Source: Selaginella moellendorffii
Lineage: Eukaryota > Plantae > Lycopodiophyta
NCBI RefSeq assembly: GCF_000143415.4
Contig: NW_003314322.1
Span: 807,430-871,429, forward strand
DNA: 64,000 nt
Direction of reading: 5' to 3'
A program made the translations under genes and the position numbers. Shown in pieces: positions 61,731 through 64,000 of this stretch (the first letter of the stretch is position 1; the number at the start of each line of letters is the position of its first letter). The notes under the pieces are model-generated. The model searched no databases. It worked only from the letters and a program-made list of their open reading frames with translations, and was not told the DNA's origin.

Positions 61731-63728
61731 TTTATACGAGTCGAGCTATCTTTAGACTTTACAGCAACGCAGAATTGAATCCCCGCCACCTTTGGACAAC
61801 GAAACAATATTCAGATTCTAAGTTTCTTGTCATTTATTTATATTTACACTAATTCCAAGGCCTGATAATATTGCAGGCATTTTCTTGGTTTGGCAAAGTC
61901 ATCAGAAGTAGCAAAACTAGCTCACGAATTGGTCAGAGCAGCACGAACCAAAGATCGATCAATTTGACTACATTTTCCCAGCCAAAGGACCACCACCATG
62001 AAAATGAAAATTGAAAAGCCAAGATTCTTTTTTGTCTCCTTTTTTATAAATATATATTTTGACAAGACAGACTGATTGCTTGGATTCCTCTCGGAACAAG
62101 AAACTACAACTTTGACGGCACGACCGGTCAACGTGCAGTGGAACCGGATGGTTGACTGGCTTAACACTGGTCAACGCTGCCGGCTGGTCCAGGGCCGACT
62201 CCTTCTGGCTCCACTGTTACAAATCTGCCACGTTTCTGTACTTCGTAAAGTCCCATTCTCTCTTTTGCAGCTGGATGCCAATATTTGGTTTTTCATTAGA
62301 CTAAAGAAATGGTTCTGGATTTTCACTCCAATCTTCCTGCACATGAAGATTCAGCGAGTTTTTGGAGATGTTTCCAATGTTGGATAACGTACAACATATA
62401 TGTATACATAGTTGTTATATACTTTTGTGCGGATCCAACAGAAGCTGGCCCATTGAGAACTTTGAGAGTCTATAAATTCGCGGGACCACGATCACTCACG
62501 TTCACGTTCCCATTTATAATGTCCCTTTGTGATCAGTGATAAGTGAGCAGCGACGATCGAGCGAGGAAGGACCCGATTCAAGTACTATGACAGGAACACC
62601 CAAACCCGAAGGTGATCACTGACACACTGCGCAATTGAATTCGAGCTTCGTACCGCACAGCGAAAACGATTGAATATAGTGGAGTCTCAGATGTGTTTGT
62701 GGCTGGAGAGGCAAACCAAAGTTTCTTGCTCCTTTTTTACAGCTGATTTGATTTGTGTGGACTCCTGGAGAAACATGCCAGGTGAAAGTGTTTGTTTAGG
62801 ACACGGGGTTCGACACCACACGTGAGATCGCAGGACAACTAATACCTGAGGAGCGATCAAGAGGTTTATAGCTAACTTGAGTCACCTTTCCTTCAATTCA
62901 ATGCTCGTGGAAACTCTCCCATCTCGTCTATAAGATCTGGGGACCAACGTTTTTCTTTATTCTCAAACTTAATCTGTGCTTTGGCGCATGAAATCTAGCA
63001 AAGCATTTGATTAAGTTGTGAGCCGGGAGACGAGGCGTCGCTCTAGGCGAGAATCAAGCGATCATTAACTTTGTAACCAGCTAGGATGAAACAAACCAGA
63101 GCGATCATCTCATGCATTGGGAACAGCGTGTATGCTGCTGGCTGGCCACAGCCTTGCGCATAAAAACTAGAGCAACTTTTCTTTTGGTTTCTCTCAGTCG
63201 ATCCGAAATGTTAGTGCTTTTGTAAGAGCTTGAGTCAACATGACAAGCTTTTGTATAGCCAAAAACACGAACTTCCACACCACACGTGCACTAAATAGCG
63301 AGATACCTGGACAGAATCCTCAGAAGTTTGTGTCCTAGTTTACAGGTGAATGGGTACCAAAATCAAGATGCCCAAAACCAAAACGTATAATGCATGGAAC
63401 TTGATTTCAAGTGACCGACCACAACCAATCCATCCATCAGCATCATCAGCCCGCACGCTCGCAAGGTTTACAAAACCATTCCATAGCTTTCGGCCAAATG
63501 GCTAAAATCTTGTTAAGTTCCGCGGGCGGGGGTAATTCAAACCGCAGTGTTGTCTGTGAAGTGGACAAGGTATGGATAGATTGGATGAACACCGTGCATA
63601 TATAAAAGATCTTTTATATAGCAATGCAAAAACCCTCTTGATTGCATCTTGGATCCAAATTACGAGACAAGCGTTGTTTTTATGATCCATGATCCACGTT
63701 CACGTGCACTGATCATCACTGCCAAGCG

Positions 63729-63779
63729 AAAACCTTAAACCCTAAGTTAAACCCAAAACCCAAACCTGAACCCCTAAAC
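63729..63779. repeat. Degenerate telomere-like / telo-box tract
   Basis: aaaaccttaaaccctaagttaaacccaaaacccaaacctgaacccctaaac (CCCTAAA variants). Confidence 0.5.
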
Positions 63780-64000
63780 TTTTGATGTTGATTTGCGAGA
63801 AAATGTTGGTAGCATAACTTTTGCTCACAAGAATGTCGTACGCTGGCCGGTTTGCTCTACACAAAATCCTGCCCATAAACATCAAGGCTGTTGGTCGCCT
63901 AACACTCATTTAATGCCCCAAAGTCCCGGACTAAACCATCCCAATGTCAATGAGAGGATTGACAATGTTTGGGATCTCACCACTCGCGCCGGGCTTCCAG

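Noticed and set aside
62310-62390. Possible miRNA hairpin (aatcttc...gaagatt) and micro-ORF MKIQRVFGDVSNVG
   Set aside because: The stem is only about 7 bp with poor extension, no conserved miRNA was recognised, and the ORF has no support.
63729-63779. True telomere or chromosome-fusion scar
   Set aside because: Too short and degenerate; more consistent with promoter telo-boxes.

Overview
Eukaryotic plant nuclear DNA. Very short GT-AG introns (about 45-70 nt), genes packed less than 100 nt apart and PLS/DYW-type PPR genes suggest a lycophyte such as Selaginella moellendorffii; this is inference. Three GC-rich gene blocks are present. Block 1 (about 6.1-18.5 kb): tryptophan synthase alpha, PPR-E, SIK1/MAP4K kinase, PsbR, phosphoglycerate-mutase-like, purple acid phosphatase, RAF2/PCD-like. 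Block 2 (about 38.2-50.1 kb): PP2C, an AT-rich bulb-lectin-domain gene, PQQ-type beta-propeller, PPR-DYW, a small conserved protein, DUF1664, a hevein-domain transmembrane protein, uricase. Block 3 (about 55.6-61.1 kb): DEG5, a ribosomal L12-N fusion, an LRR-III RLK. Around them lie AT-rich decayed islands: a Helitron relic (1-2.4 kb); an 18.6-37.8 kb island holding a tandem array of decayed GCN2/eIF2-alpha-kinase-like units, an LTR-like insert and a 100-N gap; and a 50.4-55.3 kb island with a MITE. Most notable observations: (1) both internal islands are bracketed by duplicated gene sets that decayed reciprocally (RAF2/lectin/PP2C/PQQ and UOX/DEG5); (2) a kinase-less, membrane-anchored hevein-domain protein behind four W-boxes; (3) an intronless, natively AT-rich secreted protein with an unrecognised N-terminal domain plus a bulb-lectin domain, and diverged paralogous relics of it; (4) an L12 dimerisation domain whose C-terminal domain is replaced by acidic and H1-like tracts. 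Exon boundaries were read by eye and are approximate.
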